Positions 1-13,091 of a DNA stretch of 64,000 nt are shown here, piece by piece. How positions within the stretch are numbered: position 1 is the first letter of the stretch; each line of letters starts with the position of its first letter. This DNA is from an uncultured delta proteobacterium (GTDB taxonomy: Bacteria; Myxococcota_A; Polyangia; Fen-1088), in contig CAVTRY010000011.1 in the NCBI GenBank assembly GCA_963737265.1, positions 832,001 to 896,000 of the forward strand, given 5' to 3'. A model generated the notes under the pieces. It ran no database searches. It was not told the origin of the DNA and was given only the letters and a program-made list of their open reading frames with translations. The translations under genes and the position numbers were made by a program.

Positions 1-428
1 ATGGGCTTGCCGGTGTAGCCGGTCCACGCGCCGCCGCGCACGGACTCGCTGAAGACGCGCATGTGGTCGAGGGCGGCGTGAACGTCGGGCATGACGTCCT
101 TGCCCGCGACGTAAATCGGCCGCGACGAGAAGTTGCGCAGGGCCGTGTGCAAGACCGCCCTGCCCTCGGTCAGGTTGATGGGCTCACCCGCGAACAGCTT
201 GTCGCGCATGCCTTCCACGCCCGCCTCGCGCGCGAGCGAGCGCAAAAGAGCCATGGTCTCGCTGGTGATGCGATTCTTCGAGTAGTCGAGCAGCAGATCG
301 CCGAGGCGCAACGAAAAGGTCGCGAAGCGCGCAGGATCGTTGGCGAAGAGGTCGCGCATGTGGAGAGGCGCGACGATCTTGTAGTGTTGCTCCAGCTTCT
401 TCCAGGTGTCGGTGCCGACGATGCTCAT
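1..428 (-). CDS. pgi: Glucose-6-phosphate isomerase, 5' part (runs off window start; not in the ORF track)
   Basis: Manual translation from ATG at 428: MSIVGTDTWKKLEQHY...LLLDYSKNRIT...INLTEGRAVLHTALRN, the typical Pgi N-terminal motifs. Confidence 0.93.
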   Translation of the reverse strand, partial: MSIVGTDTWKKLEQHYKIVAPLHMRDLFANDPARFATFSLRLGDLLLDYSKNRITSETMALLRSLAREAGVEGMRDKLFAGEPINLTEGRAVLHTALRNFSSRPIYVAGKDVMPDVHAALDHMRVFSESVRGGAWTGYTGKP

Positions 429-583
429 AGTTGGCAATATTTAGCACACACAAGCGTCTTGGTGAGCGACGAGAAGGACCTCCGGGCAAGCGGCGCTCGG
501 ACTGATGCAAGGATCCGATTCCTGCCGTTCAAACGGAAGCGCAGCAAGCGCAGCACTCCCCAGTTGCTCGCCGCCGAAAAGTC

Positions 584-1033
584 TTGCATCCTGAATCGGT
601 GACTCTTGCTGGTCCTGAGCTCGCGAGCAAGCTGGCCGAAGCGTTGGCGGGTCGGGCGGAGATCTTGGAGGCGTACCTTTTCGGCTCGCAGGCGCGCGGG
701 ACTGCGCAGGGGAACAGCGACGTGGACGTGGCGGTGTACGTAGATCCGGCGACCGACCTCAGCCGCGGCTTCGGTCTCGACGCGGAGATCGCGGCGGATC
801 TGATGCACGCGCTCGGGCGCAACGACGTGGATGTCGTGTTGCTCAACCGCGCCGATCCGGTGCTGTACCATCGCGTGCTTCGCGATGGCGTCCGCCTGCT
901 TGCGCGTGATGAAAAGGCCACCGCGGGCCGCGAAGGCTACGCGGTGTCGCGCTACTGCGACTTCGTGCCACATTTGGAAAGGATCCGCGTGGCCATGCAG
1001 GGCCGGGTGGATCGGGGGCAGTTCGGCCGATGA
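584..1033 (+). CDS. Minimal nucleotidyltransferase (MntA-type antitoxin); exact start uncertain (TTG 584 or GTG 599)
   Basis: YLFGSQARG-x6-SDVDVAV (GS-x10-DxD) motif; overlaps the downstream HEPN-like ORF. Confidence 0.85.
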   Translation: MHPESVTLAGPELASKLAEALAGRAEILEAYLFGSQARGTAQGNSDVDVAVYVDPATDLSRGFGLDAEIAADLMHALGRNDVDVVLLNRADPVLYHRVLRDGVRLLARDEKATAGREGYAVSRYCDFVPHLERIRVAMQGRVDRGQFGR

Positions 1034-1427
1034 CGCCCGTGCAACGAGACGAACAGCTCGTGCGCAGGCACTTGGCCGCTCTCGACGGCGCCCTCGCCCA
1101 GGTGCGTCGTCATGCGGGCCGCCCGTTGGCCGCGCTGAAGAACTGTCCAAAAATTGGACAGTTCTTCAGCAGCCGAGCCAAGGGCTCGACCGCAGGTGGG
1201 GTGAAGTCCGCGAATTTACTTCGCGGACGAGGGGAGGGCAGCGGCCCTCCCTTCAAAAATCTTCAAGACGGGTCCATTTATGGACACGTCTTGAGCGCAG
1301 ACCTTGACGAGCGCTGGGCGGTCGAACGGGGATTGCAGGTCTGCGCCCAGAACTGCATCGACATCGCCACCCACCTCGCCACCAGCGCGGGGCACAGCTT
1401 GACCGACTACGCGTCAGCGTCACCCAA

Positions 1428-1431
<4 letters not shown>
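1030..1431 (+). pseudogene. HEPN/DUF86 (HepT-type) toxin, interrupted by a 156-bp in-frame insertion and truncated at the C-terminus
   Basis: WAVERGLQVCAQNCIDIATHL...DYASA is DUF86-like; no R-x4-6-H motif before the stop, which overlaps the clpA stop. Confidence 0.7.
1138..1293. mobile_element. Palindromic MITE-like insertion (156 bp, at least four hairpins, imperfect terminal inverted repeats)
   Basis: Perfect IR gctgaagaactgtccaa-aaa-ttggacagttcttcagc; gtccgcgaa/ttcgcggac; gggagggc/gccctccc; tcaagacg.gtccat/atggac.cgtcttga; removing it restores the contiguous HEPN-like sequence PLAAL|SADLDERW. Confidence 0.65.
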
Positions 1432-3793
<2,362 letters not shown>

Positions 3794-3800
<7 letters not shown>

Positions 3801-4114
3801 GGTTGTCTCCGCACCGAACATTGAAGAGGCATCTCGTGTTTGCGCGCGAACGTGACGACCTGGTTCGCCTTGGTCTCGGCGATATCGCGCGAAAACACGC
3901 CGGCCACGCCCGTCCCCTTGGTGTGGACGTGGAGCATGATCTCGTTGGCCGTGGCAGCGTCGTGGTTGAAAAACTTCATGAGCACATACACGACAAAGAC
4001 CTGCGTGGTGTAGTCATCGTTGTGAAGCACGACCTCGTAAAGGCGTGGCCGTTCCAGCGCAACCTTGTCGAGCGTGGCTATGTCGCGCTCTTCTCGTTGG
4101 TTCTCCTTCGGCAT
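3794..4114 (-). CDS. clpS: Clp protease adaptor ClpS
   Basis: YEVVLHNDDYTT...MLHVHTKG...AETK motifs; adjacent to clpA. Confidence 0.95.
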
Positions 4115-4223
4115 GACGTTCTAGTCCGTCTAGCTTGGCACGAGCGCGGAAACGATCAAGCGCGCTGTCCAACTACCAACCGCCGCCGTGCCTTCGAAGC
4201 CGCTCGGCGTATACTTTGCGGAA

Positions 4224-5603
4224 ATGGATCTCTCATTCTTCGACAAAGCGGCTTGCGCCGAGAGGCGTCGGCGCCTGGCTTCGCGCCTGGGTAGCCGGCC
4301 CGGCCTTGTAGCCGCTGGTGCTCCGCGCCCGCGAGGTACCTACCGTGGACACTATCTGTTTCGCGCCTCGAGCCACTTCCTCTATCTGTTCGGCCTGCAC
4401 CTGCCGCGGGCGATGGCGCTGTGGAATGGAGAAGAGTGGCGGCTTTATCTGCCCGAGCCGGCACCGGAGGCCGCGCTGTGGACGGGGCCAGAGCCGAAAT
4501 TCGATGAGCTGGCTGACATCGTCGGCGTTCCCATCCTGGCGCAGTCGAGGCTTGACGAGCAGCCGAACCGAAACGCAACCGCCACCCTGCCATCGCCGGA
4601 TGTCGAGACGTGTCTGGAGCAGTCTGCCCTGCTCGGTCGAGAGATTCGGCCGGGCAAGCTGGCAACGGTTGACGAGCCCCTGGCCGATGCCCTCATCGAG
4701 CTGCGGCTGGTCCACGACGAAGCCGGCATCGCCCGTCTGCGCGAAGCGACCCAGGCCACGGCGGCAGCGCACGTAGCGGGCCTGCGGGCCACCAGGCCTG
4801 GCGTCGGCGAGAGCGTCGTGCGCGCGGCTATCGAGTCTGAGCTGGTCGCGCGCAACATGAACACCTCCTACAACTCAATCGTCACCGTGCACGGCGAGGT
4901 GCTGCACAACGAGGCCTATCACCACCTGCTCGCCAACGGCGATCTTCTCCTCGTCGACGCAGGGGCCGAAACCGCCGGAGGATGGGCTGGCGACGTCACG
5001 CGCACCTGGCCGGTGGGCGGACGCTACTCGCCCACGCAACGCGACCTCTACGAAATCGTGCTACGCGCGCAAATGGCTGCGGCGGACGCCATCCGCCCGG
5101 GCGTGCGCTACCTGGATTTGCAAGGTATCGCCGCCCGTGCCATCGGCGAAGGATTGGTAGGTCTCGGCATCTTGAAAGGCGATCCGGCCGAGCTGGTCGG
5201 CGACGGTGTGGTGGCGTTGTTTTTCCCCCACGGGGTCGGGCATCTCATCGGCCTCGACGTACACGACCTCGAGGATCTGGGCGACCGCGCGACCTACGCC
5301 CCGGGGCGCACGCGCTCGACCAACCCGGGCCTCAAGGCCCTTCGCCTTGACCGCGACCTGGTGGCGGGCATGGCCGTCACCGTCGAGCCCGGCTTCTACC
5401 AAGTCGCGGCCATCCTCGACGATCCCGAGCGCACCAGCGCCGCCAAGGATTGCCTGCGCCGCGATCGCCTCGCCGCTTTCCGCGACGTTCAGGGCATCCG
5501 CATCGAAGACACGATTCTGGTGACGCGCGAGGGGCACGAAAACCTCACCAGCAGCATTCCCAAGACGGTCTCGGCCGTCGAGGCGGCGATGCGCGCTACT
5601 TGA
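4224..5603 (+). CDS. pepP: Xaa-Pro aminopeptidase (M24B family)
   Basis: LLVDAG...GDVTRTWP, PHGVGHLIGLDVHD, TVEPGFY, GIRIEDT metal-binding motifs. Confidence 0.9.
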   Translation: MDLSFFDKAACAERRRRLASRLGSRPGLVAAGAPRPRGTYRGHYLFRASSHFLYLFGLHLPRAMALWNGEEWRLYLPEPAPEAALWTGPEPKFDELADIVGVPILAQSRLDEQPNRNATATLPSPDVETCLEQSALLGREIRPGKLATVDEPLADALIELRLVHDEAGIARLREATQATAAAHVAGLRATRPGVGESVVRAAIESELVARNMNTSYNSIVTVHGEVLHNEAYHHLLANGDLLLVDAGAETAGGWAGDVTRTWPVGGRYSPTQRDLYEIVLRAQMAAADAIRPGVRYLDLQGIAARAIGEGLVGLGILKGDPAELVGDGVVALFFPHGVGHLIGLDVHDLEDLGDRATYAPGRTRSTNPGLKALRLDRDLVAGMAVTVEPGFYQVAAILDDPERTSAAKDCLRRDRLAAFRDVQGIRIEDTILVTREGHENLTSSIPKTVSAVEAAMRAT

Positions 5604-7200
5604 CGAAGGTGAATGCCACGTAGGTGGCAGCGGCCAAGAGCACGAGCACGAGCGCCGCGCGAACGATCCTTCCCGCGCGGCCGCGCCGGGCCGGAAAGTC
5701 GGAGGTCTCGGTGCCCGTCTTGGTTGGGCCTCCAACGCGCGCGCAAGGCGCGGCCAGCGGCGGCACGTAGTTCCGTTCCTCGATGGGTCGGATCGGACGA
5801 ACGGGTATCTTCGCTGCGGCTGGGAACAAGGGTAGCGAGTGGCTCTCGCCCTTTAGGCCCTGCTGAGGATGGTCCGCGAGTCGGGTTGGGTTTCCGGGGT
5901 CCAAGTTGATGACGAGAGCGCTCATCTGCATCCGCTCTTGGCTCCGTGCCGCGGGCTCGTCGATGCGTAAGCCGAGGCTTGTACGCAGGTCCTCGATCTC
6001 CTTGCGGCGGTCTTCGTCGCTGAAGGCGACCTCGGGAAGTTGCACGATGGGCAAGTCCTCGGTGGTGGTGGCGAGCTCGTCGAGGTAGAGCGGCACGTGG
6101 GCGCCCCGCGCCGGCGTGCGCGCCGACGACGGAACCGTCGCATCAAGCTCGGCGAGCTTTCCCAGCGCCACGCAAAAATCCGCCGCGCTTTGAATGCGCT
6201 GGCCAGGCTGTTTAGCCAGTAGTTGCATGATGAGCCCGTTCATGGCGGGGCTGACCGCGGCAGGCGCAATCTCGATCGGCAGCACGGGAATGACCTCGAC
6301 GTGGGCCTGCCAGATGTCGAGCGAGGTTGGCCCGTCAATCGGAAGCCTTCCGGTCAGGGTTTCATAAAGCAGCACGCCGAGCGCGTAGAGATCCGAGCGC
6401 GCGTCGATCTTCGTGCCACGGCACTGCTCGGGAGACATGTAGTGGGGTGTGCCCACGTTGACGCCCGCGGCGGTGCGCGGGCCACCGGTGCTAAGATGCG
6501 CGGGCACGCCTTCCACCAGCTTCGCCAAGCCGAAATCGACGAGCTTGATCTTGTGGCCGTCGGCCTGCGCCCCGGACAGCAGAAGGATGTTTTCGGGCTT
6601 GAGGTCGCGGTGAACGATGCCTTTGGCGTGGACGGCAACCAGCGCGCGCCCGATTTCCAGAAAAATTGGAATGGCCTCGGCCAAGGGCAGGCGCACGCGC
6701 TCGCGCAGGACGTCGCCCAGGTTGCGCCCTTCGAGAAATTCCATCACGTAGTAGTGGCGCCCGTCGGTGAGGCAGCCGAACGAGAAGATGTCGACCAAAC
6801 CTGGATGTTGGATGTCGTTGACGGCACGCGCTTCGAGCACGAAGCGACGGATGGCGTTCTTGTTCTTGGCCAGCTTGGCGGCGAGGACCTTGATGGCGAC
6901 CTTCTTGCCGATGATGGGATGGACGGCGCTGTACACCGTCCCCATGCCGCCTTCACCGATGCGGTCCTGAATCTGGTATTCGCCTACCAGAGTACCCGGC
7001 GACAGCTTCGTGCCAAGGGAAGTCCCCACCACGCCGAATTCAGGTGCGGCCGGCGACGACGGTGAAACGGCGGGCAAATCCACGGGTGGCGTGAACGCGG
7101 GCGCACCGCTCGCGACGGTCCTGATGTTGGATCGACAGTCGAAGGTGGATCCCGGACTGTGCGCTGGCTTGCCACAGTGCGGGCACAGGTCAGGTTCCAT
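5596..7200 (-). CDS. Hanks-type Ser/Thr protein kinase with N-terminal CxxC and C-terminal TM segment
   Basis: GEGGMG, VAIK, HRDLKPEN, DFG, GTPHYMSPE motifs. Confidence 0.92.
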   Translation of the reverse strand: MEPDLCPHCGKPAHSPGSTFDCRSNIRTVASGAPAFTPPVDLPAVSPSSPAAPEFGVVGTSLGTKLSPGTLVGEYQIQDRIGEGGMGTVYSAVHPIIGKKVAIKVLAAKLAKNKNAIRRFVLEARAVNDIQHPGLVDIFSFGCLTDGRHYYVMEFLEGRNLGDVLRERVRLPLAEAIPIFLEIGRALVAVHAKGIVHRDLKPENILLLSGAQADGHKIKLVDFGLAKLVEGVPAHLSTGGPRTAAGVNVGTPHYMSPEQCRGTKIDARSDLYALGVLLYETLTGRLPIDGPTSLDIWQAHVEVIPVLPIEIAPAAVSPAMNGLIMQLLAKQPGQRIQSAADFCVALGKLAELDATVPSSARTPARGAHVPLYLDELATTTEDLPIVQLPEVAFSDEDRRKEIEDLRTSLGLRIDEPAARSQERMQMSALVINLDPGNPTRLADHPQQGLKGESHSLPLFPAAAKIPVRPIRPIEERNYVPPLAAPCARVGGPTKTGTETSDFPARRGRAGRIVRAALVLVLLAAATYVAFTFVK

Positions 7201-7237
7201 GTTCGGGCGCAGATTCTATCCCGGGCGGACCCATCTG

Positions 7238-7267
7238 CCGACGACTTTCCCGATGACTTTCCCGACG
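7238..7267. repeat. 2.5 copies of a 12-bp tandem repeat (ccgaYgactttc) upstream of the kinase gene
   Basis: ccgacgactttc ccgatgactttc ccgacg. Confidence 0.6.
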
Positions 7268-7280
7268 GATACCACGCGGG

Positions 7281-8531
<1,251 letters not shown>

Positions 8532-8540
8532 GGCCACCCC

Positions 8541-8780
8541 CTACTTGACGCGCGCTTTGACGTAGTTTACGACGTCGCCCACGGTCTTGATCTTCTCGGC
8601 GTCCTCGTCAGGGATTTCCAAGCCAAATGCCTCTTCGATCGCCAGCACAAGCTCGACAACGGAAAGCGAGTCCGCCTTGAGATCGTCCATGAAAAGCGCG
8701 TTCATGGTGACCTTTTCCGCCGGCACCTCGAACTGCTCGGCGACGATTTTTTTGACCTTCTCTTCGATGTTCTCAGCCAT
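8541..8780 (-). CDS. acpP: Acyl carrier protein
   Basis: [12 protein letters not shown] phosphopantetheine site; between fabG and fabF. Confidence 0.95.
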   Translation of the reverse strand: MAENIEEKVKKIVAEQFEVPAEKVTMNALFMDDLKADSLSVVELVLAIEEAFGLEIPDEDAEKIKTVGDVVNYVKARVK

Positions 8781-8833
8781 TCTCGAATCCTCTTCTTACA
8801 ACAAGTTGGTGTGAGCGTCGTGGAACAGATAGG

Positions 8834-9586
8834 TTACATGAAAAGACCGCCATTGACCCGGAGGACCTGGCCGGTAATGTAGCCGGCTGCGGGTCCGACC
8901 AAGAACGCAACCGCGGGCGCGACCTCGGCGGGCGTGCCGACGCGGCCTAGTGGGATGGCTTTGATGAGCTCCTCCCGGCGTGCGGAGGAAAGATCGGCTG
9001 CGGTCATGTCGGTTTCGATGAATCCGGGCGAAACCGCGTTCACCGTGAGACCGCGCGACGCGTACTCGCGCGCCCAGGTCTTGGTGAGCCCGATGACGCC
9101 GGCCTTGGCCGCGGCGTAGGGCGCTTGGCCAGCCGAGCCGATTTCACCGACGATCGACGTGATATTGACGATTCGCCCGCCGCCGGGCGCGCGCATGAGC
9201 GACCGCAACGCCGCACGCGTGCAGTTGAACGTCCCGCCCAGGTTGACGTCGATGGCGCGGCGAAAATCCGCATCCTTCGCGCCCAAGGTCAGGGTGTTGA
9301 CGGCCACGCCAGCATTGTTCACCAGAATGTGAATGGCGCCGCAGCTGGCGATGATCTCCTTCACCCGCGCGTCGACGGCCGATGGATCGGACACATCGAA
9401 GGCCATGGCGGTGGCCTCGCCTCCCGCCTGCGCGACGGCGGCCACCGTTTCCGCGGCGGCACCGTCGTTGCTGTGGAAATTGACGATGACCCTGGCTCCC
9501 AGCGCACCGAGCGCGACGGCCACGGCGCGACCGATGCCCCGCGATGCCCCGGTCACCACCGCGACGCGGCCGACAAGGTCGCGCAC
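8834..9586 (-). CDS. fabG: 3-oxoacyl-ACP reductase
   Basis: TGASRGIG, NNAG, YAAAK SDR motifs; fab operon context. Confidence 0.92.
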   Translation of the reverse strand: MRDLVGRVAVVTGASRGIGRAVAVALGALGARVIVNFHSNDGAAAETVAAVAQAGGEATAMAFDVSDPSAVDARVKEIIASCGAIHILVNNAGVAVNTLTLGAKDADFRRAIDVNLGGTFNCTRAALRSLMRAPGGGRIVNITSIVGEIGSAGQAPYAAAKAGVIGLTKTWAREYASRGLTVNAVSPGFIETDMTAADLSSARREELIKAIPLGRVGTPAEVAPAVAFLVGPAAGYITGQVLRVNGGLFM

Positions 9587-9589
9587 AGT

Positions 9590-10663
9590 CTACTTCTCCT
9601 CTGGGTTGGCTGACGTGGCGCCGGCCCACAGGAATGCGTGCGCCGACATGGAACGCTCGATTTCGCTGCGCAGATCGATCTTGGCGTACTCGCCAGCGGT
9701 GAGCACGGCGTTCTTGATCGCGCGCGCGTCCGAGCCACCGTGGCAAACGATGACCACGCCGTCGATGCCAATGAGCGGCGCTCCGCCCGTCTCGGCGTAG
9801 TCCGAGCGATGCTTGAATCGACGCAAAGCCGGCCGCATCAGCCACGCGCCGAGCTTCTCCAGGATGCTTCCGTGCATCACCTCTTCTTTGACTGCGTCGC
9901 CGATCCACTCGACGACGCCTTCACACCCCTTGAGCAGGACGTTGCCGGTGAAGCCGTCGGTAACCACGACGTCCGCGGTCCCCTTGAAAATGTCGCGGCC
10001 CTCGACGTAGCCGAGAAACTCGAATTCGGCGCTGGCGTCGCTAGCGTGAGCTCGGCTGAGCAGCTTGAAGGCGTCGCGCGTGAGCGCGGTCCCCTTCTGC
10101 TCCTCGGTACCATTCGACAGAATGCCGACGCGCGGGCGAGCCTTCTTGTGTTGCAGACGCGCGTAGGTCGAGCCGAGCACGGCGAACTGTGCCAGCACGG
10201 ACGGGCGCAAATCGACATTGGCGCCCATGTCGAGCAGGGCACACTGGCCGGTCTTCGTCGGGAAGGTGGTCGCGATGGCGGGGCGTTCGACGGCGCCGAT
10301 GCGACCAAGAACGATGAGCGCGCCCGCCATAAGCGCGCCAGAATTTCCAGCCGAGACCACAGCGTCCACCTCGCCTGCCTTGGCCAGATCGAAGCAAACG
10401 CGCAGCGAGGATGCCTTCTTGTGGCGAAAAGCGATGGCTGGCGCTTCGTCCATCCCCACCGTATCGGGTGCGTGACGGATCTGGATGCGTTCGAGCGGTG
10501 CGCCGGGCCCGGACTCGCCGAGGACTTGGCGAAGGCGCGGCTCTTCCCCGACCAATACGACATCGAGGCCACTCGCCGCGACGGCGGCAAGGACACCATC
10601 AACCTCGACACGAGGTGCTCCATCGGAGCCCATCGCGTCGACTGCGATCCGGATCTTGCTCAG
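9590..10663 (-). CDS. plsX: Phosphate acyltransferase PlsX (probable CTG start overlapping the rpmF stop)
   Basis: RIAVDAMGSD, VSAGNSGA, LDMGAN, VTDGFTGN motifs. Confidence 0.92.
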   Translation of the reverse strand: MSKIRIAVDAMGSDGAPRVEVDGVLAAVAASGLDVVLVGEEPRLRQVLGESGPGAPLERIQIRHAPDTVGMDEAPAIAFRHKKASSLRVCFDLAKAGEVDAVVSAGNSGALMAGALIVLGRIGAVERPAIATTFPTKTGQCALLDMGANVDLRPSVLAQFAVLGSTYARLQHKKARPRVGILSNGTEEQKGTALTRDAFKLLSRAHASDASAEFEFLGYVEGRDIFKGTADVVVTDGFTGNVLLKGCEGVVEWIGDAVKEEVMHGSILEKLGAWLMRPALRRFKHRSDYAETGGAPLIGIDGVVIVCHGGSDARAIKNAVLTAGEYAKIDLRSEIERSMSAHAFLWAGATSANPEEK

Positions 10664-10854
10664 GCGCTCTCCTCTTCGGTCTTCTCTACCACCATCCGAT
10701 CCTTGTAATAGCCGCAGGCCACGCACAGCCGATGCGAGACGCGCGGTTCGCCGCAACGTGGACAGGGCACGAAGTGCGGGATCGGCTGTTTCATGACTTG
10801 AGCCCGGCGAATCGCCGAGCGGGACTTGGATTGCTTTCTCTTGGGAACTGCCAT
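10660..10854 (-). CDS. rpmF: 50S ribosomal protein L32
   Basis: MAVPKRKQSKSR...CPRC...HRLCVACGYY. Confidence 0.95.
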   Translation of the reverse strand: MAVPKRKQSKSRSAIRRAQVMKQPIPHFVPCPRCGEPRVSHRLCVACGYYKDRMVVEKTEEESA

Positions 10855-10927
10855 TTTCGCCTCTTTGGTGTTTCGAGAACGAGCCCTGCCTGCGGCGGAG
10901 CGACGGTCTTGATTACGGTGGTTGTTA

Positions 10928-11449
10928 CTACTGAAGCTTCACTTTTACCAGCGCGCCGAGCTTGGAAGTTTCAAGCGGCCGCTTTTCGCACCCGCAGGGT
11001 GTCAGGTTCCGATTGACGCCGCAAGTGGGACAAATCCCCGCGCAGTCGGGACGACAGACCGGAGTCATCGGGATGGCCAGCAAAATCTCGTCTCGGATGG
11101 GCAGGCCGACATCGATGACGCCATGCTGAAAGTTGACGATGTCATCGGGTGCATCGTCCTCATCGCCAACTTCCGGCTCATCTCCCTCGATGAACGTGGC
11201 CACGATGGGGGAATCAATCGGAACGGCGGCGGTCTCGAGACAGCGCGCACAGGGTACGGTCAGGCCGCCGCGCAGGGTTCCACGCAAGAGATATCCTTCT
11301 CCGACCGGCTCCAGGCGTCCGTCGAGAACTACGCCAGCCTCGGACAGACAGAGGGACGGGTCTGGGCATTCCGCCGCTAGCCACGCCTCACTGACTGCCA
11401 CGCGAACGTCGATCCCATCCTCGCCGATGTCTTTGATTTTGTACCGCAT
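10928..11449 (-). CDS. yceD: DUF177/YceD family protein
   Basis: CARCL and CRPDCAGICPTCG Cys motifs; upstream of rpmF; start MRYKIKD at 11449. Confidence 0.88.
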   Translation of the reverse strand: MRYKIKDIGEDGIDVRVAVSEAWLAAECPDPSLCLSEAGVVLDGRLEPVGEGYLLRGTLRGGLTVPCARCLETAAVPIDSPIVATFIEGDEPEVGDEDDAPDDIVNFQHGVIDVGLPIRDEILLAIPMTPVCRPDCAGICPTCGVNRNLTPCGCEKRPLETSKLGALVKVKLQ

Positions 11450-11567
11450 GGCAACACCCGCCCTCCGACCCGGGAGCAGGGAGCCAGTAACTATAGGAAG
11501 CACCGGCTCCGCGTCAAGCTCCGCTGAAAGGATCTGGCCAATTTTAGGGCCTTGCGAAGGCTCTGGG

Positions 11568-13091
11568 CTACTTACCAGCCGAGGATGCAGCGCTGCCAAA
11601 GCCAAACAGTAGCAGCGATTTCAGATCCTCGTCGTTAAAGACCAACTGGGCGCCCAGGAACCAGTCAAAGGAGCCGCCGGCCAGCCCTTGAGTTTTTTGC
11701 CGGTTGAGGACGTCATCCACGCCCCCGAGGAGATACACAAGGTGCTTGTAGACGGCGAGGTAGGCGCGCCCGGCGAGGCGGGGATACTGGTTGAACCGCA
11801 TGTCGAAGAGATCCGTACTAAGGACCAGGCGATCGTCGAAGAAATAGGCGTCGGCGCCCACTCCGCCTGTCGATTCCTTGATTCCAAATCGACCGGCCAC
11901 GGGACCGATGCGCTTGCCGAATTGAAACGTGAATCGGAGCTGCTCGGTGGTCGTGATGGTCTCCGTCGAGGAGCTGCCAATCAGCGAGCTCTGACTAACG
12001 ACCGACTGCCTGGTGCTATTCCCACGTGGATCATCGACGAGCTCAATCAAGAAGAACTTATCCGGACGCGGCATCAGCGTAACCGCGAAGTAGTTCTTGA
12101 AGGTGCCGGCCAGGTAGTTGTATTCGCTGCGAAGCCCGACGATGGTCTGCAGGCGGGAAACCCCGTGCAACAAGGTATTCGCGTCGTCGGTGATGCTGTC
12201 GAGGTTCTTGGCCACGGTGTCGTCGGCGATGAGATGTCCGACCGTGCCCTCGCCGTCGGCCATCTTGCCGGTAATCTTCTCGACGTGGTTGAGAGATTTA
12301 TCCAGACTGTCCACGCTATGCTGCAGTTTCTGCAAGGACGAGCGCAGGTCCTCGCCGGCGCCCGAAACCTGTCCCTGCGTGGTGCCGACCAAGCCCTTGA
12401 GGCCTTCGGTAATTTCGCGAACATTGTGCAGGGCAATCTTGACGTCATCCGCTTCGGATTTGGTGACACCCTCGACGGTGGCCGCGATCTCGTCCATGCG
12501 CCCGAGCAGACGTTCGACGATGACCGAGTTCCTTTCGATCAGCTCGTTGGTGTTGTTCGCGATGTCCTTGATCGGCCCCGACGTCAACCCCTTGAGGTCT
12601 TCGAGGATCGCCTTGAGCACCGGCAGCGTGCTGCCCACCGCGTCCATGATCTCGCCCATCTCCGCCGGCTCGGTCACTTTCTTGATCTGGTCGCCTTCCT
12701 GGAGGCGCGGCACGTCGACCCTCTTCCCGTCCTTGATGGCGTACGGCGTGCCCGGATCGATGTCGAGGTAGTACTCGCCGAGCAGCGAGGCGGACTTTTT
12801 GCCGAGCGATGCGTTCGCGTACAGGCGAATCTGCGGGTCGATTCGCAAAAACACCTTCGCCTTGCCGGATTCTTGGTCGAGCACGCGCTCCTCGACCTGG
12901 CCCACGCGCAAGCCGGCGGACAGCACGCGGGTCTTTTCGTAAAGACCGATGGCATTGCCGAACAAGCCGTAGACGCGATAGCCCTTGCCGCCCGCCATCC
13001 GCTCCGAGGTGTACTGGAAGAGCAGGTAGGACGTTACCAGCACCACCAGGGCTAGCGATCCGACGGTGAGGGCGGCGAAACTACGCCTCAT
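11568..13091 (-). CDS. mlaD: MCE/MlaD family protein with long helical region and C-terminal beta-rich domain
   Basis: N-terminal TM, MCE motifs (GL...V..AGLRVGQV, SLLGEYYLDIDPG); with mlaE/mlaF. Confidence 0.85.
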   Translation of the reverse strand: MRRSFAALTVGSLALVVLVTSYLLFQYTSERMAGGKGYRVYGLFGNAIGLYEKTRVLSAGLRVGQVEERVLDQESGKAKVFLRIDPQIRLYANASLGKKSASLLGEYYLDIDPGTPYAIKDGKRVDVPRLQEGDQIKKVTEPAEMGEIMDAVGSTLPVLKAILEDLKGLTSGPIKDIANNTNELIERNSVIVERLLGRMDEIAATVEGVTKSEADDVKIALHNVREITEGLKGLVGTTQGQVSGAGEDLRSSLQKLQHSVDSLDKSLNHVEKITGKMADGEGTVGHLIADDTVAKNLDSITDDANTLLHGVSRLQTIVGLRSEYNYLAGTFKNYFAVTLMPRPDKFFLIELVDDPRGNSTRQSVVSQSSLIGSSSTETITTTEQLRFTFQFGKRIGPVAGRFGIKESTGGVGADAYFFDDRLVLSTDLFDMRFNQYPRLAGRAYLAVYKHLVYLLGGVDDVLNRQKTQGLAGGSFDWFLGAQLVFNDEDLKSLLLFGFGSAASSAGK

